64,000 nucleotides of DNA from Phoronis australis (lineage: Eukaryota > Animalia > Phoronida): NCBI GenBank assembly GCA_002633005.1, contig NMRA01000279.1, forward strand, positions 337,397-401,396, written 5' to 3'. This document shows positions 1-14,671 of the stretch, one piece after another (the stretch's first letter is position 1; every line of letters begins with the position of its first letter). A program made the translations under genes and the position numbers. The notes beneath the pieces were generated by a model. The model saw only the letters and a list, made by a program, of their open reading frames with translations, searched no databases and was not told where the DNA came from.

Positions 1-669
1 GCCATTACGTGGTTAGTCAGTTTTCCGCAGTCTGGTGTATGGGAAAACATGTTGTCCGATATTTAGGTTCTCCGAAAGTTTGCTAGTTATGTTTTTTAAA
101 GATCAGTCAGAACATAAATATGGCTTTCGGTGACAAGATATAGTAACAGAACAATTCTATAAAGGTAAACCTTTATTTCAGCAAAGAATTCACAACAATC
201 CGGAGTATTTTCAATTATATATAATGCAAAATGTGCCAAAACGTACAGGGAAATGAAATAAGTTCCGATAACTTGTGACATATACGCAACCTAGGGCTAG
301 GTGCCGGCAGCGAAGAACACTTGATAAAAGAATTGAGGGGGTGGGGGGGAGAAAGTTTTAAAGGTCACAGGCCTCCTCAGCTTCCAATCGTCTCCAATAC
401 ACTACATTTAATACTTCAAGGTATGACACTCAGGACTAGAAATTCAACGGATGCTTCGATTCAGCCGTCCATATCAAACACATAACTCAATTAATGTACA
501 CAAAACAGGGGTTCAACAAACCACGAGCAACTGTTCTTTCTTATAATACCATTCATGGTGTCCTGCTCCAGCGAGTTCGCAAGACATTTGTAGTCAAAGC
601 ACAAAAATGTTCCCAAAAAGTCCAGGCGTACCTCACACTTTGATGGTTCGAGGTCAAGGACGGAACGGA

Positions 670-1110
670 AATTACCAATGAGTTACGGATGGACGGCTAA
701 GTGTAGAGTTATCGACACCGTGACTTAACGTGACAAACCGCCAATTTCACAATATGGCACACCAATATAAGTGATAAGCAGTCGAGTCTCCACCAGCCAC
801 ATCACTGACATATCATCCAATCAGCGATCACTGTCAGGATCTTTGTCAGGACAATAACTGTGAATGAGCTTTTGTTTAGCGCACAACTCGCTCAAATGTA
901 AGATTAATTTGTATGTTAGAACCGTTTAACTGCAACTGCCACTGGATTGGGTTCCCTCAATTTTGTTTACTTCGATCACTGCCGGTTTAATAAACTGCAA
1001 TTATTCAAGACAAAGGTGGTCGCCATACTACATAACAGTAAACTGAGAGTGGTTTCCCATATTTCAACCAATGTTATGACGTCAGTTTCATTACTTTAAC
1101 CAATGAGAAG
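670..1110. promoter_or_regulatory. CCAAT-box cluster, possible (bidirectional) promoter region upstream of STK11IP
   Basis: CCAAT/ATTGG at about 676, 741, 762, 817, 946, 1068 and 1100. A possible minus-strand donor (gag|gtacgc) lies near 631. Confidence 0.35.
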
Positions 1111-3255
1111 CCATGTTAAGCAACTTCCGACAGTGCTACCTTTCATAGCAGTGTGAAAGATTGTAGATAATAGGTATAGAAATGTTACAGCTCTAATTGA
1201 ACCATGCGAAATTGCCCGAAAAATGCATCTGTGTGATTACGTGTAACAAAATCTTTAAAACGATACCTGTGTTGTGCACTTACAACTAATAGTCATGGAG
1301 ACATTGACAATCATGTTGTTTAAAAATCGGTTCCTTTTCTGCCATTACACATTTGCCACGCCAATGCCATTAGACGTGTCACACATTCTTCATTCAATTT
1401 TCATAAAACCTGATGCAACTTCGTTATTTGTCAACCAAATTAGAAAAAATAAGATAATTTGAAACTGAAAGCTGATCTTCACGTGCTGTTGCTGGTCCCA
1501 TAGTCTCCCATATTCGTGATGTAATTAAAAGTAATTGAATAGCCTAATTAATGTAATTTTTCAACAAAGTATTACAAAAACATTTAAAACACTATAGCTA
1601 ATCATCTTTATCAAAACAAGTTAGTACCAAACTGTATTACAGGTCAATTATATAGTTTGATTAATATATTCCCATTTCAAGGTTGGTAGTACACGGTACG
1701 TTTTTCAAAGGGCTTTTCACTCGACCAGCATTCTCTTTTACTGCAAGTATTTTCTACATCAGCATTTCTTTTCCCACAAAGCTTTGCAAGACTTTCATGA
1801 ACTTCATATGTAATGGTTTTATCTTGATTCATCAATCTAATAATTTGGGATTACGTAGCCTGAACAGGAAGATAACGATTCACCCCCTCCCGTCAGTCGC
1901 CATTTTTGGTGCCCCATGGTAGATCGTGTCCCCCTGTCATCCATTTTTGTCCCGCTCCCTGCTCGGTGCGTTTGAGGGCATCCCAGAGACAAAATTTTAC
2001 AAAGTAACTCAAAAATTTACTTCATGGTCATCCAATAAATGGTCGGGCTCTAGGAACAACACACATTTCATTATTGAAATGAATGAGTATCACATTACTT
2101 GTCTGGAATCCATGACATATTAGGTGGCGCCACTGTATTTTGTACCGTACATACGGGGAACGGTATTGTTTCGCTAAGATCGTTCACTCAGTATGCATTC
2201 CATGGACAATAAATACGAGAGTCCAGGGTTTCTAGTCGAGCATGCTTATTAGTAGTGCGTGAGCAGTCCCGTGGTGGAGAACTACGTAGTCGAGTAAATA
2301 AAACAATTTGTATGTTGCACTCTATGGGACCTGGCAGTAAAATGCCGATTTCTCTTCAAATGGCAAGTAAATGGCAAAACTGCTCTTGAAAGTAAATTTG
2401 TGCCAACAGTATGTGAATATTACGGTGTTGTTTGGACACAGAAACTTACAATCATGCAATGACTTCTGTAGTTGCTATTTGAATGCGTGTTGGATTGTTT
2501 TTATAATTGGCGTCATGTATCGGCACGAATGATGCGTAACAAAGCGTGTAATTGCATATACTGTCAATTCTCACTAATTTCATACAAAAATAATTGCCAC
2601 ATTTTTCACTTTTCATGGGCTTGTAACATTCTTCTGAGTCAGTTAAGTTCATTTGTGAAATACGTTCTTGATAAATGATGAATTTGGTTGCAGGCACGAC
2701 ACTGTACTTTTTATTAGACAGCATCACTCTCTATGCTTGTATACAACTCCACCTGTTGTTTATGTTTATTTCACTGCTTGTTTCGCTGGATATATGATCA
2801 TTTCACTTATTTCCTGATGATGAGACTTGTGGTCTTGAAATATAGCAACTATTTTAACTTGTTTGTCCGTTATGTCTCTTGGTGTATATTAAAATCTCAC
2901 CAATTTAGGAAACAATATGGCCGACCAGGGAAGATTTGTTTTGTCATTTTTCCAAGAAAGATATGTAACACCAAATTAAATGGTTTTCCATGTTCAGGTC
3001 CTGTACCACAACTGTCATAGAACAAAGTTTTGAAAGATTGTGAGCATTCACAACAAGGTTAGAAGCCTTTGACAAATGAAGAAAGAGCGTTTTTGGGAAT
3101 TATTTTTGTTCGAATTTGGTGAGATTTTACCGTGAGCTGTTTAACAAAAGGTACAGTCTTCCTTCAACCAAGTTTGTGTCATTGAAGGGCTGCTACCAAA
3201 TTATACTGATGACTTAATTGCAGATCTGTTGGTAACATGTTACTGAAGTAATAAA

Positions 3256-6200
3256 ATGAATAGTCAGCTTGGAGACAAGGACAGGCGTGTGATTAAGGAG
3301 CTGGCTGTCCTCCTCCGCAGCAGTGGTATGTGCTTGTTACTTCTTTTGTTGTGAGAAATACTTGATTGCCGTAATGTTTGTAGCGTAACCACCTTCTGAT
3401 TTGCTCTCGTTTTGCCCATGACAGTGAGTTTTTCCGTCAATGTGATGGCATGTATTAATACTTAAAAGTCCATGGAAACAATGAATAGTATATACATTGA
3501 ATATACTTATATTGTTACGGTTATGTAGGACCATAGAAAAATTTTGAATTTTGGTCAAATTCCAGGGATATTCTTGATCAGGTTTGAACCTGTGCCCTTT
3601 GGGGAACCTGATGATGGAAAACTGGCTTTTTCCAAAAATTGTGCCCAACAGACTAAATGTAATTAAAGTAGTAACATATGAAGCAGAAACCCCATGAGCA
3701 ATCGAAAAAAGAAGAGACTCATAGTCATGTAAAATTTGCATTTTTATTTAAAAATTCCATACAAAAAGCCAATCTGACATAGACTTCAAACAGACTGTTC
3801 AGGTGTGGCGGAGTAAAAATACACTGACTATAAAGTTGACTAGAATCTTGCATTTTTGTAAGAGTATTGTGTTTTAATAGATGCTCCTGAGGGGTGCACT
3901 GCTGCAATGTACTGGTGCCTTATTATTTTAAGCGCTAATGGCGCAAAGGCGCCGTCCAGGAATATCCCTGAAATTCCTATGAAACTGATAAGGTTCCATA
4001 TAATCTTAACTTTCATATTCATTTGATGCTTTGGGCAAAAACCTGGATTGTCTCTTGGTTCTTCTAAACTCAGCTGATAGGATTCTCATCAAGAAATCCT
4101 TCCAGTTCCACAGTCACTGAAAAGAGGTCAAACCTGTATGGAGAAAATACATGTTTATATTGAATTTAAGCGTTAATTTTCACCTCTTTTTTAACTAGTA
4201 CTTCACATCCGCATTACATTTCCTGTAATTCTGTTTGTTTTAGTTGACAAAATCCTGAGTGGCGAGAGTAAGTTATGTCTGACAACTGTCTCACTCACTT
4301 TGCTCAACGCTGGTTTCCAAGATGTCTACCAGGGTGACTCACAGAATTCGTTTGAAGTGGTCACTCATAATCTTCCTGGTCAGTTGACCTTGGATGACCT
4401 GTTCTTTCTCTATGATGTCGTACAAAAGACCCTGTCTCTGAAGGTTTGTAGCCTATTAATATTTTGAGAACACAGTCTAGGCCACACACAAACCTTTTTA
4501 AGCGCCCACATATTTATGTTTGGACACATTATGTCATGATCCTCCGTCCGTCCGTCTGGCATCCATCCGGCATTGGTCCGGCGTCCGCTGCTCTATCTCT
4601 AAAACGCTTTGACGTATGTTCATGAAATTTTGTACATGTGTTCCTTGCAAGGATGGGACAGCATGAGCCAACTTTCGGACGGATCTGGCTGCCGGTGTGC
4701 CCCCTAGTGGTAATTTTATTTTTTACGTTTACCTCTGTATCTTCAAAGGTCCTCAACGTATTTTCATAAAACTTGACATGTAGGCATCTATTAGTGAGAT
4801 GACACTATGCACCCGTTTTTGTATGGATTTGACATAATTTGCACCCCTAGTGGTGATTTTTACCGTTTTCGAGTCTGTTTTTTGGCATCCACTCCTGTAT
4901 CAACAAAACTGCTCTAACAATGACTGTGGAAATTGGCATGTATGCTTTTGCTATGAAGAGGACGACTGACAATGATTTTCCAACGACATCGACAACTGTG
5001 GCAGTTTTATTTTGCGCCCATGGCTGTGGGTTTACCCACTGTATGATCTTTATTGAATTTAGTAAGTGTAGTTATATGAAGCTAACGACAGACGACGGCT
5101 TTCAGGTGGATCCAACGAATGCTCTGCCTTGTAGTGGCAATTTCATCTTTTTCCATTTGAAGTTCCTTGACAGATTTTTATGAAATTTGTTAAATAGCTT
5201 TCTCTTAAAGAAGCAGTGACATGTTCCTTTTTTCTAATGGATTCGATGTATCTGCGCCATGTAGTGGCCATTTTTATTCGTTGGCACATTTCAACGCTCC
5301 GCGTTGCTCTTGTTGTATGTAAAGAAATGTTAATCTTCAAAAAATTAGATGTTCTAGGGTAAACAGAATATCAGATACACCTAGGGCCAGGTTTCCCGTT
5401 GAGACATCTTGCAGAACTGGACGATGTTCCTCAGTCTTTGATGATTTAACTTACATTTGCAAGCAAACATTGTGCATTTTGATTCTTAAAAAATTGCAGA
5501 CTGAGAACCAGAATGCGTTTTAGTTTTTGTGATATATTCCATATTGCGATCAGAGAACTTACTCCAGATGTGCCAACAAGGCATAACATAAATCCAAATT
5601 ACTATGCCATTGTTTCCGTTCAGTGCACAGCTGTTGACACTAATTATCTTTTATTCAGACAATGTGATTATGTCACGCAAACATTTTTAAAACATCCTAG
5701 GTCTAGCAACATGACACCATTATTTAGAAGACTTGCCACAAAACTGGTCTTGTCTTTATTCATACTGGGATGAAAAAGATCAGACCATCCACACCGAAAA
5801 GCCAACTTTTTGAGCCTGGTTTTTAGCAATAATGAACTCAACAGTTCTCCCCAAGGCCAGAAATCACCCCCGTTACAACACTGATCTAAATAAAAGGTTA
5901 GTTTTTTATTCTGACACAAGGCGGGTTCATTGAATTTTTTAATTATTACTGTTTTGTCTGTAGATCATTCACACGTCGACCACTCTGCAAGGCCGGGTGT
6001 CCATATCTGACTTCAGGTATCTGAGGACTCTTGAGATCAAGAAGGCACCCATCCATTTGCTGCAGGGCTTTCAAAAAATCCGGTCCAAGCTGCACACCAT
6101 CATATGTTCAAGGTCCCTCAATCATCTTCAAGTAAGTTTTCAGCTGGTGATGGTGAGAAGGTGCTTCCCAACACGGGAGACAACTACTGCCCAACATGGG

Positions 6201-9200
6201 AGATAACTGCTGCTGAACATGGGAGACACTAGAGATTTGGGCTCGAATTCAAATGTCCCAACTCAAGCTCCATTTCTTTTTAATTAGATGTTTTCAGCTC
6301 TAATTTGGTACAAATTCAATATTAAAATACATTTATTTGATTTAGTGTTACAATACATCGTGTCTTACCGACTCAGATGATTACTGAATGTAAGCTCCGA
6401 GTTTCTAACCACGAGAATCAAACAACAAACACCGAGTTCAAACTCAAAGTTTTTACTCAGAATTTTGAACCTATATTTCAAAATTGTTTCTCAATTGTTA
6501 GGATCCTCAACACCTGTCTAGTTTCATGTTTCATCTTGTAATTGACCTATGGCCAGGATTTTGAGTGACGGCTTAACTGACCAATCAGAACGCAGCATTC
6601 TTGACACACCTTCGTTTTTAAGCCGCCATTTTACCTGACAAACAACACATTGCTGGGTAAAACTTATTGTTTGTTTGTTGACATTTTGCAAGGGGGCGGA
6701 GCTTGCGATAGGTCAGTTGTTGAAAACATTCATAAACTTATTCTATCTTTTGTCCAGGACTTGTTTGAAAGCTGCGGGGGTGACATGAGCGCGGCCATGT
6801 CTTGGTCTGAGTTGAGGGTTGCCATTCTATCATTCAACTTTCTGCAGCATCTGGACTCCTCACTGGTGAGAATGGCTTGTGATCCCCTCACAGTCTTCAT
6901 GGTCTATGTAGGCCAAGTTACTTGTGTCTGAAAATTTTTGAACAAATTAACCGTTATAGTCTATCATTTAAGGCATTTGCCACCTCACTTTTGAGGCAAG
7001 AGCTATCAATGAATTCACCTAGAAATTGGATTGTTATATAGTTTTGACTGTTTGTCACAAATTTGTCTTTTTTTCTGAATTTTGGTCATGCAGTACCACT
7101 GTCTTTATTATTATTTAACATAATGTGTAAATGCTTGAGTTATAATAGTGCATTCACTGTGGAGCTTAATTCAAGCACGTCTGACAACCAAAACTTGGAT
7201 TTTCATTAATGTTATCTCAAGGCAACTTACAGTCTTGTGACACTATGCGATGTGGCCAACAGGTGCCATGCAGAACAGACTTAAAATGGTTCCGTATGTG
7301 TCCCGGGACTTTGATGACATAATGTTACTCCATGCTTAGGTTTGTCCTTTGAGATGTGATGTTAAATTAACTGATACTGTCTCTGTGGTAACAAAATTCA
7401 TCTGTGAATCAATTCTCATTCTGATAATGGGCTTCTCCTTTCTTGACCTTACAGCGCCTCTTACCCAAACTGGAAGTTATTGATCTCAGTCACAATTCTC
7501 TTCAGTCTACGGAATCGCACCTTGAGGTAAATTTATGTTTGACATGCAGTCAAACTGCTGAATTTCAGATAGTTTTCTGAATTTTCTGTTGTGTTTGTCA
7601 TTTGTAGAAAATTATACTGTTGGCATTTTTCTTTGCTAGTTTACTTTGTAGCCGGTGTCACTTATTCCATGGATCCCGACATTACAGACTGAAGACAATT
7701 TTGTTGATCATAATTTATGGTAAAAGAATTTTATGTGAATTCATATTAATTATGAATTCATGTTAATGGTGTCATATGGGACGAATGCTTGATAAAAATT
7801 CATATTAAACATTGGTAGTATTTATCATGGTTTGTCAATAATCTGTATAATTCATGATTATTTCTTATCACTAAGCAATGATAAATGATCAAAGGATGTT
7901 TTAAATGATGATCAGTCTGATATCAGATACATAATCATTTATCGTCTACCCGATATATACTCATACCAACCAAAATTAGCATGTCATTTCTTCGTGATCA
8001 ATTATCTTAAATTTTTACTTCATTCCATTAACTGAGTAGTCTGAGACTCTGACACTGAGAAACAGCTTTCTTATTTGTACCATTTGTTCTTATTTTTATC
8101 ATTTGTTCTTATTTATACCATCTGTTCTTCTCTCATCCAGTACCTGACGGATATAATTCACGTCAACCTCAGCTTCAACCTTCTGGAAGCACTACCCACG
8201 TTCTCCATCAGCTCCCGCCTTAAGTTGAAAACCTTGTTGTTGCGGGGTAACAACCTGGATACACTTGCAGGTTTGTCCTGATTGATGGTTTGTTAAAAAC
8301 AATATAACTTGACAGACTATTTGAAACAGTCTTAAGGCGATGTGATTTGCTTCTCAAAAACTTACTCAATTTGTTAAACTTGTGCAAATTAAACTGCCTT
8401 GCTTATTAGTGATAGCAGTGTGTAGCACTCTTGAGTTTTTCAATAATTTTCTCCATGGTATTACAAGAAAAGCTAGAGTAATATGCTTCTTCTGGAATGT
8501 AACTGACATACTGATGGTATTATTGGAACACTTTCAAACACTGCTGTAGTAACAACTGCACCTTCTCAGCCGCTACATGGTGTCGTGCAATAAAATCATA
8601 ATGTCTAGTACTCAGTAACTTGCTGTAAAGTCACAGTGTCTATTAAGGAGAGTGTTTGTCACTCTGTTCAGGCTGAAGTCCTAATATAGCTATATAACAT
8701 TTGATTAACGTTATGTAGGACCCCAGAAAAATGTCCAATTTTGACCAAATTCAGAAAATCATATCTTAGATTTGACCGGTCAGATTCTTATGAAACTTTC
8801 AGATTCTATGCTCTATGCGGTGTTCTCCAAAATGTTCCACTTTTGCGTGAGGGGCTGTCTCAAAGTGGGACTGATTTTTATTAAAAAACTTTTAAGCAGC
8901 ATAAAACTAAAACAAAGCGATAGTTTAGAAAACTGGAACAACTTTATTGAGATTTTATGTTGAACATTTATATCATATGAAATTTGCTTTTTATTGATCC
9001 TGTTTTGCTATGAATGTGCCTAATTTTTACTAAATTTTACTAAAAAAGCTTGGTCAGGTGACCTTATTAATGGCAGATTTGTAAAAAGTCAAAAATCAAA
9101 TTCTGCAGATTTTCTACTTTGAAATTCATAAAATATATACTTTTGCGCAGAGTCAAATTCTTTAGTTTTGTACATATTTGGCTAAATGACTGTACAGTCT

Positions 9201-12200
9201 TGTCGATAAGGTCACATGTAACATTTTTTTTTTTTTTTGTATTTTTATTCTCTCTAGCATGGGTATTTACAATTTACACGACACAATAAACAATACAGNT
9301 TTCAGCTCAGTCTTGGCGAGAATCCTCTTTCATTTCATGAGAATCACCGACTGCTGACTATTCAGTACATTTCTGACATTGCTGCACCCAAGGTAGTGGA
9401 GGGTAACATGCTATACTTGGTCATGCAACACTTACTTAATAGTTACATAGTCTTGCTCTAATTGAACTGTTACTATAGGCTGCAGAACAATTACCACAGA
9501 AAGGGACCTGCATTATTCTCCACAAAGCATTTATCCTGCAAATCATTCACTTAATCCATTAAGGGTTCCGTAATTGTCGGATTTAACCTTTCCCACATTT
9601 TGAGAACCAGTTTTCTCCACAGAATATCGGGCATCAGACTGGTTCTCATAATCAAGATATGAGCATGTTATATCTGACTATTGTCCATAGTAAGCGGGCC
9701 CTGTGCATGTTTGTAGTTCAGACTGCACGATAACTGTTTTTTGTGTGTGGCTCTATTGTGTTGGCAGAGAATGGGATAATTGAAACTTGCGCTTCAGTTC
9801 ACAAAAATTTACTGGGGCTTTGGCTTAAATTTTCACCTGTACGAGGATCCTCTTGAATTCTCTGCACCTAAGTATGGGAAAATAAGGGACTTTATGGTAA
9901 GCATTGTAGTCATGACTGACAAGATTGTCATGTAGAAAGTAAATAGTTTTCATTATCCACAGTAAGGGCTCTGCTCCATGGAAAGGTTTCGGTGTTCAGT
10001 CCTATTGGCATACAATGCATGTTGTGTAATTCCAATTTCTGGGTGAATTTCTGTTGAGCATTAAATGCTTAAGTTCATCAAATCGCGACTACGACCAACA
10101 TTTGCCAGCCTAATTTAAATCCTCTCAAGTTCTCTAAAACAGAGCAGCATAATTAGCAAAATAAGGTTTTTATACTGAAATTATCACAAACATGGCAGTC
10201 ATCACTGACAAGATTTTGTGTCATTCTTTCCTTTTTAGCTTGAACTTGATGGAGAGTTGGTCTCAAGGTCAGAGTTGAAAGTAAGTACTCTAAATGTTCG
10301 ATGATATGTTCACAAAATTTCTTTGTAGGAAATAACATTGAAATGTATCACCTGAGTCGAGTTCAATAATTCTAGGACCTCGTTAGAAAAGCAAGTTCTC
10401 ACCAAATTCCACTAGATATCGCCTTATGTTTTCAATGATTGCACATGATTTTGACTAGATTTTTCTCACTGTGAGATAGCTATTCAACTCTAACGTGATC
10501 TTCTCACTTCAGTATATATCGAGGTCGCGACTGACTTCGTCAGCTGATCACCGTGAAATGCGCACAAGCAGCATGTCATCTGCTTCGGTCAATGTGTCGT
10601 CTGCTTACAAGTTTGAGAATTCTGAGGAGATCGCCACGTCACTTCGCACCAGGAAGAAGAAGAAATCACACTTGATTCATCGTAAAATCATCGCCGATCT
10701 GACTGATGACACAACTCAGTCGAGTCACGAGAGTTCACGAGGTCAGTTTGTAGTGAGCACAGGACACGCATTTTTGTCTGCTTGTTTTTGTGTTCGTTTT
10801 CTAGTCATGGTACTGTTTAGTGATTCATTTTGTGCTGAACGAGAGTCCAGCATGTTACATGTCATGTAATAACTGGCTACCAATGAATGTTNTTCCAAAA
10901 AGTTTGTAGATATGTTCACATGTAACATTAACATAATTTATGAACCCCTTCTATCCAGGCCTAGAAGCGCTGTCAAGCCTTGAAGAGCTGGACCTTTCCT
11001 TCAACTCTCTAGCTGAGCACGGTCAGCTGCAGCCATTGTGCTCACTGAATCAACTACGCTGGGTGAGTCTTGTAGAATTATTAGCAGTGGTTCGGGTGTG
11101 CGTACGTACTATGTGCTCGGTTGTAATGTTGATTTTCATGCGTGTCTTGCTTGGGGTCACTTCTATTCAATCAGTATCTTCAGCTACGTGGTTCATGTAC
11201 TTTAGGGTCAAACTTGGAAGCCCAAAGAATGTACCCAGTACCCAGGAAGTACCTAGAAATCAAACCTTAGGATTCCTAGCAATCCAATCGTTAGGCGACT
11301 TTTTGTCCCCTCTCTCCTGGTCTCATGTAGCAAGAAATGAAACCAGTGCTGAGATACCAACAAAATCTCATTTGAATATTGATGCATCAACATTAATGGT
11401 TTGAACTGGATTCTGGTAAGATACAAATATTCTTTTTTATAATACCATAATTCTGTGATGTCAGAGTTATAAAGCGTGTTTCAAACCTTAATATGATGCT
11501 TTCCATTTCAGCTCAGTCTTGGCGAGAATCCTCTTTCATTTCATGAGAATCACCGACTGCTGACTATTCAGTACATTTCTGACATTGCTGCACCCAAGGT
11601 AATGGAGGGTAACATGCAATACTTGGTCATGCAACACTTACTTAATAGTTACATAGTCTTGCTGTAATTGAACTGTTACTATAGGCTGCAGAACAATTAC
11701 CACAGAAAGGGACCCGCACTATTCTCCACAAAGCATTTACCTCGCAGATCATTCACTTCCATTAAGAAGTGCACATGGTAAGGGTTCCGTAATAGCCGGA
11801 CTTAACCTTTCCCACATTTTGAGAACCAGTTTTCTCTACTGAATATCGGGCATCAAACTGGTTCTCAGAATCAAGATTTGAGCATGTTATATCTGACTAT
11901 TGTCCATAGTATGCGTGCCTGTGCATGTTTGTAGTTCAGGCTGCATGATAACTGTTTTTTGTGTGTGGCTCTATTGTGTTCGCAGAGAATGGGATAATTG
12001 AAACATGCGCTTCAGTTCACAAATTTACTTGGCTTTGGCTTGAATTTTCACCTGTACCAGGATCCGCTTGAATTCTCAGCACCTAAGTATGGGAAAATAA
12101 GGGACTTTATGATAAGCACTGTAGTCATGACTGACAAGATTGTCATGTAGAAAGTATATAATTTTCATTATCCACAGTAAGGGTTCTGCTCCATGGAAAG

Positions 12201-14631
12201 GTTTCGGTGCTCAGTCCTATTGGCATACAATGCATGTTGTGTAATTCCAATTTCTGGTTAAAGTTCTGTTGAGCATTAAATGCTTATAAGTTCATCAAAT
12301 CACGACTATGACCAACATTTGCCAGCCTAATTTAAATACTCTCAAGTTCTCTAAAACAGAGCAGCTTAATTAGCAAAATAAGGTCTTTACATTGAAATTA
12401 TCACAAACATGGCAGTCATCACTGACAAGATTTTGTGCCATTCTTTCCTTTTAAGCTTGAACTTGATGGAGAGTTGGTCTCAAGGTCAGAGTTGAAAGTA
12501 AGTACTCTAAATGTTTGATGATATGTTCACAAAATTTCTTAGTAGGAAATAACATTGAAATGCATCACCTGAGTCGAGTTCAATAATTCTAGGACCTCGT
12601 TAGAAAAGCAAGTTCTCACCAAATTCCACTAGATATCGCCTTATGTTTTCAATGATTGCACATGATTTTGACTAGATTTTTCTCACTGTGAGATAGCTTT
12701 TCAACTCTAACGTGATCTTCTCACTTCAGTATATATCGAGGTCGCGACTGACTTCGTCAGCTGATCACCGTGAGATGCGCACAAGCAGCATGTCATCTGC
12801 TTCGGTCAATGTGTCGTCTGCTTACAAGTTTGAGAATTCTGAGGAGATCGCCACGTCACTTCGCACCAGGAAGAAGAAGAAATCACACTTGATTCATCGT
12901 AAAATCATCGCCGATCTGACTGATGACACAACTCAGTCGAGTCACGAGAGTTCACGAGGTCAGTTTGTAGTGAGCACAGGACACGCATTTTTGTCTGCTT
13001 GTTTTTGTGTTCGTTTTCTAGTCATGGTACTGTTTAGTGATTCATTTTGTGCTGAACGAGAGTCCAGCATGTTACATGTCATGTAATAACTGGCTACCAA
13101 TGAATTTTGAATGTTCATAGTATCGTTGCCAGGATTTGTACACCATCAAAGCTACTCTCTGTCTCCATTCAAGTCATTGATTTTGCACAATTGATTTATA
13201 ATGAACCTAAAAAAATGATCACTGTTTTATAAGACGCTGGTGTGCAGCAGGGTAGTTATTACAGCTCTTGTCCACTTTTTATGCATCCCTTAGTTTTGAA
13301 TTCTCAACTGCCAAAAGGCCTATTAAATCTGTGCTGGGTTACATTAAGATTCCGGAGTTATCTGCATCTAAAGTTTACTCGTCGTACGATTACCAATTGT
13401 AATGTTTGTGAGGCTAAGCTATTTTTTTTTCACACGGTGCACCTTGTATGCAACTCGTTGCTGGTGATTGTCTAAACTGTAATGCAACTGGTCCAGGCTG
13501 TTATTCATTCTCAGCGTTTCTTAATTTCGTAGCCTCCACACCACCCCTTGATCTTCCCAATGTTGAGGAGACTCGCCGCCAGATGGAGCTGGCGCGTGAA
13601 CATCAGAAGGAGTATTGGCTGCATTCCTTGAACAAACAACATAACAGCAATCTGCTGGACATTAGTAATGAGACTGAGGATGACATCTATCTGAATGAAA
13701 AGGACACTGCACTGGACACTGGTGAGAAGGAGAGGCTCACTCAGGTGAGTTGGAGACAATTTAGGAAAGCATGCACATCCCAGGATGTAGATTTGTGGGA
13801 TGCAAGTCATCCAATAAGGGATCCAGAAAATGTCATGTTGGCAATCATCTGCTCAGTAACCTTGTGGATGATTTTGGGTAAATCCTTCCTGTATCCTGCT
13901 TTGGATGATTGCTGTGTTCCACAATCCTTTGTGTATGTGACATCTATGCTGTTCGTAAACGGAACAGTTGTCTGCTTTTCAGTGAGAACTGCATTAATTA
14001 GCTTTTGATTGGCTTCATTAACATTATTTATCCTCTGTCTGTTCATACTTTATAAAATAATGTAAACTCCAGGAGACTGTGCAAGACTTAAATTGTTTGT
14101 GAGTCATGTGACTTAGTCATTTCAGGTCATTATCCTAGGCTGGTGCTTATTTTCACCCAAGTCTATTGAAGTTTGAGTCATCAGCTGTAGTCAGGCACTG
14201 CTGTATTCTTGTTGGCGTACGGTTATTGGTCACAAGATGGCGCAAGTTTCTTTTTTATTTCACATTTAGGAGGTAATCGTAAGCTGTGAGTACATGTGCT
14301 TCAATCTTTCTTAGACGAAAGCAGATGTTCATGAAACAAAGACTTCTGATGAAGATGCAACATTGAAAACCGTGTTGACAGCATCTGAGTCAGACACATT
14401 GACAGAGAATGGAGTGAGGTTTGTGGGAGTGGAAGAAAGTTTGGGTGAAAGTGAACATGGCAGGGAAGAACAATTGGAGAAAATTTTCAAGACGCGGAAA
14501 GATAATGACCTCTGGAGGACTATGTCAGAACAACTGACATCGGCAGGTAAGCCTGTCTGCTGTCAAACAAAGAACTTCCATTAATAGACACGTGTGTGAA
14601 TTAACACACACACATACGCGCATGCACACAC

Positions 14632-14671
<40 letters not shown>

